Positions 42,774 to 51,888 of a DNA stretch of 64,000 bases are shown in pieces; position 1 is the first letter of the stretch; each line of letters begins with the position of its first letter. The notes below the pieces were generated by a model. That model was not told the origin of the DNA. It saw only the letters and a program-made list of their open reading frames with translations, and searched no databases. Made by a program: the position numbers and the translations under genes. This DNA comes from an uncultured Methylomirabilota bacterium (GTDB lineage: Bacteria > Methylomirabilota > Methylomirabilia > Methylomirabilales > 2-02-FULL-66-22). The stretch lies in assembly GCA_963705305.1 (NCBI GenBank), contig OY970067.1, positions 1,216,001-1,280,000 of the forward strand, read 5' to 3'.

Positions 42774-43754
42774 TCACGGCTTCTCGAGCACCTCGGGATT
42801 AACCGGGAAGGCGGGCCGCCGCCCGGCGAGGACGTCAATCACGCCTTGGGCCGCGGTCTGTCCCATGTTCTCCATCGACTCCGTCGTGAAGGCACCGATG
42901 TGCGAGGTCGTCACGACGTTTTCCAGCATGAGGAGCGGGTTCCCGACCGGGGGCTCCTGCTCGAACACGTCCAAGGCGGCCCCCGCGAGTTCCTGCTTCA
43001 CCAACGCGTCGTACAGATCCGCGCTCGACACCACCCCGCCGCGAGCGATATTCACGAGATACGCCGATCGCTTCATCATCCCTAGGTGTGCCCGTGTTAC
43101 CAGGTTCTCGGTGCTCGCCGCGAGCGGCACGTGTAGCGTGATGAAGTCGGCCTCCCGGAAGATTGTGTCGAGCGGGACGTACGTGAGACCAACCTGGCGC
43201 GCGAACTCGAAGTCTCGGACGATGTCGTACCCGAGTGTCTTCATCTCGAAACCACGCGCTCGGCGTGCAACGCCCTTACCGATGTGGCCGACCCCCACGA
43301 TGCCGAGAGTTTTCCTCCATAACTCGGCCCCGATGAACTTTTCCCAGCGGCCTTGCCGGGTGGCGTTGTGCGAGAATGGGATCCGCCGTGCGACGGCGAG
43401 CATCAGGCCGAACGTCAAGTCGGCCACTGCATTCGAGTTCGCGCCCGGCGTATTCGTGACGAAGATGCCCTTGGCCGTGGCCGCGGCCACATCGATTTGG
43501 TTGACACCGACCCCATTCTTGGAAATCACCTTAAGGCGGTCTGCGGACTCGATCACCTTCCGGGTCACGTCATCTTCGCCGACGATGATGCCGTCAACGC
43601 CCCGGACGAGTTGAATGAGTTGGTCTTCTTTGAGGTTCTTTCCAGCCTGAAGATAGGGGTTCTCGGCAATCGTCATCGCGGCCGCTTTCAGCATGTCGAT
43701 CGGCTTCATGACAGTGGTGCCGATTACCCGCGAGGTGATGAGAACGGTAGGCAT
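42774..43754 (-). CDS. D-2-hydroxyacid dehydrogenase (phosphoglycerate dehydrogenase-like)
   Basis: GVGHIG, NIARG, LDVFEQEP, SHIG. Confidence 0.92.
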   Translation of the reverse strand: MPTVLITSRVIGTTVMKPIDMLKAAAMTIAENPYLQAGKNLKEDQLIQLVRGVDGIIVGEDDVTRKVIESADRLKVISKNGVGVNQIDVAAATAKGIFVTNTPGANSNAVADLTFGLMLAVARRIPFSHNATRQGRWEKFIGAELWRKTLGIVGVGHIGKGVARRARGFEMKTLGYDIVRDFEFARQVGLTYVPLDTIFREADFITLHVPLAASTENLVTRAHLGMMKRSAYLVNIARGGVVSSADLYDALVKQELAGAALDVFEQEPPVGNPLLMLENVVTTSHIGAFTTESMENMGQTAAQGVIDVLAGRRPAFPVNPEVLEKP

Positions 43755-44057
43755 TGATTGACCCTCCCATAGGTCCAGGACGATTATCGACAGCGTCCGG
43801 GAAGTTACTCACGTCTCTCAAGGGCATGTATGTGTTGGAATAAGCTGAGACACAATGGGGCGAAGCGACAAGATGGCGGTCGCGACGCGACAAGACACTG
43901 ACACAAAGAGAGCGTTTTGCTTGTCATCCTCATAGAGCATGTGATGACTCAGCATGGATAGATAATGTTTGTCGGACCAGCTGAGAGGGAAGCGACTGCC
44001 AGATGACAACAAAATTATCTCCTATTAATTCGATCTTTATGGCTGTAGCTACGAGAT

Positions 44058-44080
44058 ATGTAACATGTAATATGTTACAT
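44058..44080. promoter_or_regulatory. Inverted repeat ATGTAACAT-N5-ATGTTACAT, putative operator
   Basis: Perfect 9-bp arms in the AT-rich region upstream of the operon starting at 43754. Confidence 0.55.
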
Positions 44081-44212
44081 GAATTTAAAAAATCAAGGCA
44101 AATAATCCGAAGGGAAATTGAAAAACTGAGAATTGATGAAGTTAAATAGAAACAAGCTGTTACTGACATTTTGCAAGGAATTTTGTCCAGTGATAGAGTG
44201 ATATTTCTGGAG

Positions 44213-44520
44213 AACCGGTCCTCCCGGCCGGGCGGATACACCACCGATCCGGCCCACCGCCCGCTCGACATGAACGCTTTTGCCTGGCGGCCGGCCCGGC
44301 TGATCCGCTGGGCGGGCACCATCGGGCCGAACACAGCGCGGCTCGTCGCCGCCATGCTGGCGAGCCAGGCCTACCCCGAGCGGGTATATCGCTCCTGCCT
44401 GGGCCTTCTCCGACTGGGGGCCCAGCATGCCGTCGAGGAGATGGAGGCAGCCTGCCATCAGGCACTACGCCGCGGGGCCACGTCGTACAAGGCCGTCGAG
44501 CTGCTCCTCCGGACTCGACG
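44213..44520 (+). mobile_element. IS21-family IstA C-terminal remnant
   Basis: YTTDPAH..W.PARLIRWA..IGP.T...PE..YRSCLGLLRL...EAAC..AL....SYKAV. Confidence 0.75.
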
Positions 44521-44568
44521 GCAGACGAGCGGCCGCTCGGAAACTGCGGCGGCGGGACGGCTGAAGCG

Positions 44569-44859
44569 TCAGACCGTGTGGTCGCGGGAGCGTGCCAGGC
44601 GTCGCAGCGTTGCTCGGTCGCCTGCGACGAGCGTCTCTTTCTTTGCCCGGGACCAGCGCTTGACCTGCGCCTCCCGCTGTCGTGCGGCCGAGCAGGTGGG
44701 CAACTCCTCGATGTAGACGAGGGCGATGGGGGGGTCGAGGCGCGTGGTGCGGCAGGCCTGCCCCGCTCGGTGCTCTGCGTAGCGCCGATCGAGATCGGTG
44801 GTGGCGCCGGGGTAGAGCGCGCCGGAGCGGAGGCGAAGGACGTAGCTCCAGGTCGGCAT
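44569..44859 (-). CDS. Stand-alone GIY-YIG nuclease (UPF0213/YhbQ-like)
   Basis: WSYVL..LYPGAT, RRYAEH, AARQREAQVKRWSRAKK; alternative start at 44874. Confidence 0.88.
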   Translation of the reverse strand: MPTWSYVLRLRSGALYPGATTDLDRRYAEHRAGQACRTTRLDPPIALVYIEELPTCSAARQREAQVKRWSRAKKETLVAGDRATLRRLARSRDHTV

Positions 44860-44861
44860 CG

Positions 44862-44966
44862 GGCCCCTCGACATCGCTCGGGGCCATTTCGCCGCGGCTC
44901 CAGAGGAGCCTTGAGCAAGACGCAAGACGGCGGCAGCACCGTGGTGCCGCCGCCGTCGCGTCGAAA
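44862..44966. repeat. Cluster of REP-like hairpins between the tRNA fragment and the GIY-YIG start
   Basis: GGCCCC-TCGACATCGCTC-GGGGCC; GGCTC-CAGAG-GAGCC; TTGAGCAA-[GACGC..GACGGCGGC..GCCGCCGTC.GCGTC]-GAAA. Confidence 0.65.
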
Positions 44967-45061
44967 TGGCTCCCCGGGTAGGACTCGAATCCGCCTGCGG
45001 CGGATTTCGGCTGGTGCCTCAACCCAACCGAGCGGTTAATCCGCCGACGGCGGACTCGCTC
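44967..45061 (-). pseudogene. tRNA-Asn 3'-half copy interrupted by palindromic inserts
   Basis: First 23 bp identical to 45117-45139; TCCGCC-N3-GGCGGA at the T loop and at the anticodon loop. Confidence 0.75.
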
Positions 45062-45073
45062 CCCCAAAAGCCA

Positions 45074-45101
45074 GGACCCGCAGCGCGTACGCTCCGGGTC
45101 C
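45074..45101 (-). terminator. Hairpin downstream of the tRNA 3' end, terminator-like
   Basis: GGACCCG.AGCG-CGTA-CGCT.CGGGTCC followed by a short T tract on the minus strand. Confidence 0.45.
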
Positions 45102-45116
45102 CTGTCGAGCACCTGC

Positions 45117-45171
45117 TGGCTCCCCGGGTAGGACTCGAACCTACAACCTAGCGGTTAACAGCCTCTCGCTC
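45117..45171 (-). other. 3' portion of tRNA-Asn(GTT), probable island attachment site
   Basis: Minus strand reads GGCTGTTAACCGCTAGGTTGTAGGTTCGAGTCCTACCCGGGGAGCCA; no 5' acceptor strand. Confidence 0.85.
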
Positions 45172-45221
45172 AATGTTGAGCAACCTTTAGAATAAGCTAG
45201 TTACAACATTCAAAAAGGTCG

Positions 45222-45242
45222 GTGGCGGTTTCAGTGGCGGTT
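45222..45242. repeat. GTGGCGGTT direct repeat, putative integrase arm-type sites
   Basis: Two copies 3 bp apart, about 50 bp from the tRNA fragment. Confidence 0.5.
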
Positions 45243-45452
45243 CGTTTTTTCCCCGTGAGCGCGGTATTTTGGTTTTTCGGGAACCACAGGTGTGCCTTGG
45301 CTTACCCGGAGACTTGGGATGCGGATGCCAAGAACGATCTGAGGACACCCAGGTCGTCCACCTCACCTCGCACCTTCGGGCACCTCAATATGACAGCATT
45401 CCCTTACCCACTGGACCAATTTCCGGGGGCAAGGTCACAGAGACATTTGGAC

Positions 45453-45482
45453 TTGACAGGGGTCATATGGTCATATTATAAG
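45453..45482 (+). promoter_or_regulatory. Sigma70-like promoter with a GGTCATAT tandem repeat in the spacer
   Basis: TTGACA...TATAAG upstream of the FadR-type gene. Confidence 0.55.
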
Positions 45483-45508
45483 CATACAACATTTGAAAGG
45501 AGCAGCTG

Positions 45509-46270
45509 ATGCCCCTGGTAGAGCGCGAGGGTCTCCCAGAGAAAGTCATCGCCCAGGTCCGGCACCTCATCGCTTCAGGCCAGTGGCAACCTGGAACCAA
45601 ACTCCCGCCCGAGCGTGAACTGACCACCCTGTTCGGCGTGAGTCGCACGGCTCTCCGAGAAGCCTTCAGCATCCTCTCCGCTTATGGCATTGTCCGTATC
45701 CGTCATGGCGAAGGCATCTATCTTGCCCAATCCCTCGACGAGTCGATCTTTGAGCCCCTCGGTTTTGCTCTGCCTGTCGGCGAGACCACCCTGCTCGAAC
45801 TCATGGCCGTCCGGAAGCTCCTCGAAACAGGCGCGGTGGAGCTAGCGACAAAGCTGGCAACTGAGACCGATCTCGCTGAGATCAAACAGGCAGTCGCCGA
45901 CATCCAGGATAAGCATGCTCCCCTCCAGAAGCGTGTGCAGGCGGGGATTCGCTTCCATGTTGCAATCGTCAAGGCTGCCCGGAACAAGTTGATGCAGCGA
46001 CTCATTGCAAATCTCATCGGCCTCTTCGTTGCGAGCCATCGTGTGACGTTGAGCTTCGAGGAAGGTCAGTTGACAGGTCAACTCGATCACCAAGAGATCC
46101 TCGATGCAATCCAGAGCCGAAATCCCGAAAAGGCCAAACTGGCGATGCGTCGTCATCTCGAGGTGACAGAGCGGCAACTCCTACGGATCATCGCTCCTCC
46201 CACAAAGAGAAAAGGAGCGAAGCGTGAAGCCGGTGCCAGACCGGAACCACAACGGCGTCACGCCGAATGA
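45509..46270 (+). CDS. FadR/GntR family regulator
   Basis: PGTKLPPEREL...GVSRTALREA; RFH; DHQEI. Confidence 0.92.
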   Translation: MPLVEREGLPEKVIAQVRHLIASGQWQPGTKLPPERELTTLFGVSRTALREAFSILSAYGIVRIRHGEGIYLAQSLDESIFEPLGFALPVGETTLLELMAVRKLLETGAVELATKLATETDLAEIKQAVADIQDKHAPLQKRVQAGIRFHVAIVKAARNKLMQRLIANLIGLFVASHRVTLSFEEGQLTGQLDHQEILDAIQSRNPEKAKLAMRRHLEVTERQLLRIIAPPTKRKGAKREAGARPEPQRRHAE

Positions 46271-46575
46271 GTCATGTCAATCACCGGACCTTTTTCTGGG
46301 CAAGGGGCTTCATAGTCCGCAGGAACCAGGACCGATGGCGAGGGCTGCACGTGGGGTGGGCGATCGCTCGCGTCTCCAAGCACGAAGCGGTACGAGCAAT
46401 CTAGCTTTCATCTGGGTACGGGTGGCAGCTTTTCGGCCCCGCCACGTTTCCCTCCGACACGTCTTGAACCTGGGTCGGTGAGTCGGGGGGGCCCCTGAGA
46501 GATAGCGCAAGCGACCCGCAAGCTGGAGGATGGAAGGGAGAGTCCGCCCAATTCACCCAGAAAGGAGGAGCCATC

Positions 46576-47622
46576 ATGAATAGCGAGCGATTGTATGGAT
46601 GGGGCTACAGGTGTCTGGTGGCCATTATGCTAGTGGGGCTAACCATGGGCTATGGCCAAGGGGTGGCCGCGGCCGTGAAGCCCGAATACACCATGCGTTT
46701 CGGAGGGTACCTGGCCGGGAACGACCCAACCAACGTTACCATGAAGAAGATGGCCGACCTGGTTGAGAAGAAGACGAACGGTCGGGCCAAGATCGAGGTG
46801 TTCACTGACGGTTCGCTGGGCAACGAGAAGGAGGTTACGGAGGGGGTCCGGGTGGGAACGGTGGAACTCGTGGCCAGCCTGGGCACTGGCCTGGCACAGT
46901 ACGTGCCGGAGGTTGGCGTCCTGGAGCTTCCCTTCACATCCACGGATAGCCGGGTGGCCACCAAGATGTTCCTGGATGTCATGCCGGACGTGGCCAAGTT
47001 GTCGGTGCCCAAGGGTTTCCGCCCGCTGACCGCCTGGGATATTGGGATGCGGGGGATCCTGACCAAGAAGCCGGTGCGGAGACTGGAGGACCTCAAGGGG
47101 ATGAAGATCCGGGGGCCCGCCCCGCTATATCTCGGCACGCTCCAGGCCCTGGGCGCCAATCCGATCTTCTACGCCTGGACGGACATCTACATGGCGCTGC
47201 TAACCGGTGCCGTGGATGGAATGGAGGCCTCCCCCCAGATGATCTACCCGTCCAAATTTCAGGAGGTCGCTAAGTGCTTCACCGTGAGCCGGCACATTGA
47301 CCCCGGTTACTACCTCTTGATCAACGAGAAATTCTGGGAAAAGCTGCCTCCCGACATCCAGAAGGCCGTCAAGGAGTCGGCGGATGAGGCCTTCTCCTAC
47401 ATCCAAGAGAACGGGGACAAGATCTGGAACGAGTACGCGGAGAAGATGAAGCAGGCGGGGGTGGAGTTCATCGAACTACATGACTATCCGAAGTGGGTCA
47501 AGGCGGTGGAGCAGTTCCGGGTTGACTACGCGAGCAAGCTGGGTCCGGCGGCCCCCCCGCTCTATGAGAAGGTCAAGCAGTCTGTGGCCAAGTGGGAGAA
47601 GTTCTACGGGATCAAGCGGTAG
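46576..47622 (+). CDS. TRAP substrate-binding protein (DctP)
   Basis: Signal peptide, GSLG.E, LELPF, DLKGMKIR, AVDGME. Confidence 0.9.
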   Translation: MNSERLYGWGYRCLVAIMLVGLTMGYGQGVAAAVKPEYTMRFGGYLAGNDPTNVTMKKMADLVEKKTNGRAKIEVFTDGSLGNEKEVTEGVRVGTVELVASLGTGLAQYVPEVGVLELPFTSTDSRVATKMFLDVMPDVAKLSVPKGFRPLTAWDIGMRGILTKKPVRRLEDLKGMKIRGPAPLYLGTLQALGANPIFYAWTDIYMALLTGAVDGMEASPQMIYPSKFQEVAKCFTVSRHIDPGYYLLINEKFWEKLPPDIQKAVKESADEAFSYIQENGDKIWNEYAEKMKQAGVEFIELHDYPKWVKAVEQFRVDYASKLGPAAPPLYEKVKQSVAKWEKFYGIKR

Positions 47623-47712
47623 GACCTCCACCACGTCGGCGAGGATTCCACGGGGGTTCGGTCTGGCACGCCGTGCCCACGCGCCCGATCCTGGAATTTC
47701 CAGAAGGAGTCA

Positions 47713-48930
47713 ATGATGTATGAGTACGAGGTAGTCGCCAATCCAACCTTCGACGATGTCCCTGCCTCGGAATTCCAGGCCCGGGCAGCGAGGCTCCGAG
47801 ATGGCATGCGGCAAAGGAATCTCGACTGCCTGTTCATCTTCGCCTCGTACAGCGAGGCGACCTACGCCCTCTACGTGGGGAACTTCCGTCCGTTCACCAC
47901 GTCTGCAGCCATTATCCTTCCACTGGAAGCGGACCCAGTCATCTTGTCCACCTGGGGGCAACTCGAGGGCGTTCGTAATCAAACCTGGATCCCGAAGATC
48001 CGCTGGGTGGGGGGACTCCTGAGCGATCTGTATGGGGGAAGCACGGCAGAGGCAGAACATACCAACGCTCTGGCAGAGGTGTTCCGGGAATTGCAAATCA
48101 GCCGGATGGGACTCATCAACGAGGCCAAGATCCCCTGGCCGGTCCTGGGGCGGCTCAAGGCCGCTCTACCGGGAGCTCAGTTCGAGGATGCGTCGGATCT
48201 GCTACACCGGATGATGATGACCAAGAGCCCGGCAGAGATTCGACTCCTGCGGCGTGCAGCGGAAATAGGCGACCAGAGCATGGAGCTGGCTTTCGGACTC
48301 ATTGCCCAGGACCGCGAGCGGCTGACCGAGATCGACGTGTGGGCCGCGGTCCAGGCGGCCGTCTTGAAGAAAGGTGCGGAGGTGATGGAGTCCAATTACA
48401 CGGTGGCAGCCGGCCCGCCGGGGATCCCCGGCCGCTGGGCCAGCACCCGACACTTCCGAGAGGGTGACCTCATCCGCCTTGATTTCCACTGCCGCTACAA
48501 GGGTTACTTCAACGACTGTGGGCGCATGGTGAGCCTGGGACCCCTGCCCCCGGAACATGCGGAGATCATGCAGGTCGGTGCAGAGGCTATCCGGCTCGTC
48601 ATGAATCAAATTCATCCAGGCATCCCGGCCAAGGCTGTATACGCGCCTGTGGCCAACTACCTGAAGGGGACTCGGTTCTACCCGTACTTCCAGAACGACG
48701 GTGCGGTTGGACACCACATCGGGACCTTCTTCTATGGCCACTTGGGCTATGGTGGGTTCCTCTTGGACGGCGAGACAGAGGAACTCGTGCAACCCGGCAT
48801 GGTGCTGGCTGCCCGCCTGGCACTTTGGAAGTATGAATATGGACCATTCCTTATCGAGACCTCGGTTCTAGTCACGGAGGAGGGTCTGGAGCCTCTCAAC
48901 AAGGTTAGTCTCGCGCCAATGCAGCTATGA
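47713..48930 (+). CDS. M24 (Xaa-Pro peptidase/creatinase) family hydrolase
   Basis: KSPAEI, D..YKGYFND.GR, GHHIG, PGMV. Confidence 0.85.
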   Translation: MMYEYEVVANPTFDDVPASEFQARAARLRDGMRQRNLDCLFIFASYSEATYALYVGNFRPFTTSAAIILPLEADPVILSTWGQLEGVRNQTWIPKIRWVGGLLSDLYGGSTAEAEHTNALAEVFRELQISRMGLINEAKIPWPVLGRLKAALPGAQFEDASDLLHRMMMTKSPAEIRLLRRAAEIGDQSMELAFGLIAQDRERLTEIDVWAAVQAAVLKKGAEVMESNYTVAAGPPGIPGRWASTRHFREGDLIRLDFHCRYKGYFNDCGRMVSLGPLPPEHAEIMQVGAEAIRLVMNQIHPGIPAKAVYAPVANYLKGTRFYPYFQNDGAVGHHIGTFFYGHLGYGGFLLDGETEELVQPGMVLAARLALWKYEYGPFLIETSVLVTEEGLEPLNKVSLAPMQL

Positions 48931-49034
48931 CCGAGTTTTGACGTGCCTCCGTCGGGTCCTGTGCCCTTCCCGAGGCCTTCTCCCCACGAGAGAAACGAGG
49001 GTTTCAGGCAAACATCAGCCAGGGAGAGCAGCCC

Positions 49035-49900
49035 GTGAGTCTCGAACAAGTCCAGCAGGTAATCTGTCAAATCACGACCCGTTTCGATAAGAGGGGGATG
49101 GCCTTTCTACCCCCGCTGAAGGGGGATCGGACTGCTCTTGTCGACAGCAGTGCAGCCGCCTCTCCCGGGGGCCTGATCCAACCAGCGGTAGCCGAGGTCG
49201 ATTTATCCCCCAGGGAATTGGACCTGATCCTGAACACGCACGCTTATCTGGATCATGTGGGGGGAGCAACCGGGAAATCCAGTCTGTCTCCGGCGCCTGA
49301 ATTCATCTCCACCCGGCGGGGTCTGCCGATAGCGTAATCGAATGAGGCACAAGTGGAGTTCCACACGGCCCCGTAAGGGCCATTCGGTTTCCCCCGGAGG
49401 CGGTGGAGGAGCAGACGGAGTTCGTCTTCCTAAACGCCGGCATGCTGGTGAGCCCGGATGTCCTCCTCAACGACGCTGATACCATCGACCTTAGGACAGG
49501 CGAGGTCCTCCAAGTCATCCATTGTCCAAACCGCCAGCCCCGGCCATGCGGCCTACTCCTGGGAGGCGGAAGGGATCTTGCTGACGGGTGATGCCGTTCC
49601 AGGCCTGGGAGCCTTCCCGAGAGGCTACTGCTATTACTTTGACGCGACCGCATATCAGCGGTTGCTGGAAAGGCTGCAGGGGATCCCGTGCTAAGCAGTG
49701 TGTTTCGGCCATGCCTCCCATGGGGCCACGTTGATCAACTGGCCCACGGGCAAGGGACAGGAGGTATAGACGGTCCTGCAGGACTCGGTTGCAGCGGCGG
49801 GTGCAATTCGCCAAGCTGTGGCCGCGGCCATGAATCGTCTGCCCCCCGGGGCAAGCGTGGGATTGCTCTGGCCGCCTTCGCAGATTGGATTGAAGGGGTA
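49035..49900 (+). pseudogene. Degraded MBL-fold metallo-hydrolase
   Basis: ALVDS, ILNTHAYLDHVGG, SPGH, LLTGDA spread over several frames. Confidence 0.7.
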
Positions 49901-49949
49901 CTTGCTGGCAGTTCTCCGGGGTAGGGAAGCTCGGACTGGGGAAGACGCG

Positions 49950-51869
49950 ATGGCGATGGGACAGATGGAGAGGGTAGAACAGGGCCAGGTGATTGGCCAG
50001 GAAAATCAGCGTGGACCTTACCGCAGATTCCTCTCCTTCCATCCGGCGATGGCGATTGACGTGACTCTCAAGACTGTTCTGGCCTTGGCAGTTCTCAGCG
50101 AGCTTGGAGTGATCTTCTTCAGCATCCTGAGTCGCTCGCTCTTTGGCAGGCCCTGGAATTGGACCAATGAAGTGGCGGAGTTGGCCCTCTCGACGATCGC
50201 CTTCTTAGGAGGGGCCTTCGCCTACCGGCGTGGTCAACACGCCTTCATCCGCATGCTGATCGACGCCTTGCCGCTTAGGTACCGCCGCGCCTGCTACGCG
50301 CTGGTCGAACTCCTCGTCCTCGCGGTCGCGATCACGACCGGACTGAACGGTTTCCCACTCCTCGTTGCCCAATGGGACGAATTCACATTAGTCCTCCGGA
50401 TGCGCGCGACTTGGTTCGCGCTCCCGCTCGTGGCCAGCATGGGCATACTCGCCGTGACCGCGATTGAGCGACTTGTCGCCCAGCACCGTCCGACCGTGCT
50501 CGCTGTGGGGACCGCGTTCTCCACTCTTGTCCTCATCCTCGCGCTGGCGCGTAATGTATGGCGGCCCTGGTTTACCAGCGACGCCGCCCTCACCCTTGCA
50601 CTCTGCCTCTTCCTCTTCACCATCCTGATCGGACTACCCGTCGGCTTTGCGCTGCTCCTCGGTGCCCTCGCCTACATCTATGCGTCCGGCACGGTGCCGA
50701 TGATCGCGCTCGCCACCAGCACACTTAGGGGGGTCGGTAGCTTCGTGCTCCTCGCTATTCCCTTCTTCATCTTTGCAGCCATGATCATGGAGCAGGGCGG
50801 CATCAGCCTGCGTCTGGTGCGCTTGGTTCAGGCGTGTGTCGGCCATTTCCGTGGCGGACTCCTCCAGGTGATGGTTGTGAGCATGTACATCGTCTCCGGC
50901 CTGTCTGGCTCGAAGTCGGCCGACATTGCTGCCGTGGGTTCGGTCATGCGCGAGATGCTGCGCCGGCAAGGCTACAGCCTCGAGCAGGCTACGGCCGTAC
51001 TCGCGGCTTCGGCTGCAATGGGCGAGACCGTGCCCCCGAGCATAGCCATGCTGCTCCTCGGCGCAGTCACGACGCTCTCTATCGGGGCGCTCTTCCTAGC
51101 CGGCCTCATCCCAGCGGCGCTAGTCGCGATCTGCCTCATCGCGCTGATCTATTTCCAGGCCCGGCGGTCACAGAGTCAGCGCGCGCCCCGCGCTAGCCTC
51201 CGGGAGCTCGCGAGGGCAGGCGTCGAGAGCGTGTTGCCGTTCTTTATGCTGGTGATTCTCTTCGGCGGCATCATTCTCGGGATTGCCACACCGACCGAAG
51301 TCTCCTCCTTCGCGGTAGTTTACGGCCTCGTGCTTGCCGGCTTCATTTACCGCGGCTTTGGCGTTCGAGCATTCGTGCGCATTGCGATAGATTGCGCGAC
51401 GGCGTCCGGCATGATCCTCTTTATTCTGGCTGCGGCCTCGAGTTTCTCGTGGACGCTCACCATTGCCCACCTGCCCCAACGCCTCGTCGGCGTCCTGACC
51501 GGCGCGCATCAGAGCCAATGGCTGTTCTTGCTCGCGTCGATCCTGCTCCTTATTATAGCCGGCTCGATTCTCGAAGGCTTACCCTCCCTCCTCATCCTAG
51601 CGCCGATTCTGATGCCCATCGCGAGTCAAGTCGGCGTAAACGAACTTCATTATGGCATCGTCCTCATAATCGCCATGGGAATCGGGACCTTTATACCGCC
51701 GATCGGTGTTGGCTTCTATGTTACCTGTGCCGTCTGCGAGACAACAATTGAGAAATCGGCGCGAGCAATGATTCCGTACGTGGTCGTGTTGTGCGTTGGG
51801 GTCTTGCTGGTAGCGCTAGTGCCGTGGTTCACTCTGTTCCTACCTGCGCAATTCCATTTCGGCGGCTGA
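49950..51869 (+). CDS. TRAP fused permease (DctQM), paralog of 29805-31703
   Basis: SGLSGSKSAD, VPPS, ATPTE, PPIG; start uncertain. Confidence 0.9.
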   Translation: MAMGQMERVEQGQVIGQENQRGPYRRFLSFHPAMAIDVTLKTVLALAVLSELGVIFFSILSRSLFGRPWNWTNEVAELALSTIAFLGGAFAYRRGQHAFIRMLIDALPLRYRRACYALVELLVLAVAITTGLNGFPLLVAQWDEFTLVLRMRATWFALPLVASMGILAVTAIERLVAQHRPTVLAVGTAFSTLVLILALARNVWRPWFTSDAALTLALCLFLFTILIGLPVGFALLLGALAYIYASGTVPMIALATSTLRGVGSFVLLAIPFFIFAAMIMEQGGISLRLVRLVQACVGHFRGGLLQVMVVSMYIVSGLSGSKSADIAAVGSVMREMLRRQGYSLEQATAVLAASAAMGETVPPSIAMLLLGAVTTLSIGALFLAGLIPAALVAICLIALIYFQARRSQSQRAPRASLRELARAGVESVLPFFMLVILFGGIILGIATPTEVSSFAVVYGLVLAGFIYRGFGVRAFVRIAIDCATASGMILFILAAASSFSWTLTIAHLPQRLVGVLTGAHQSQWLFLLASILLLIIAGSILEGLPSLLILAPILMPIASQVGVNELHYGIVLIIAMGIGTFIPPIGVGFYVTCAVCETTIEKSARAMIPYVVVLCVGVLLVALVPWFTLFLPAQFHFGG

Positions 51870-51888
51870 GGTATCGTGCACACCCACC

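Noticed and set aside
45117..45190. Intact tRNA-Asn gene
   Set aside because: A D-stem-like GCTC..GAGC exists, but the 5' strand CTAAAGG cannot pair with CCGGGGA; treated as a fragment.
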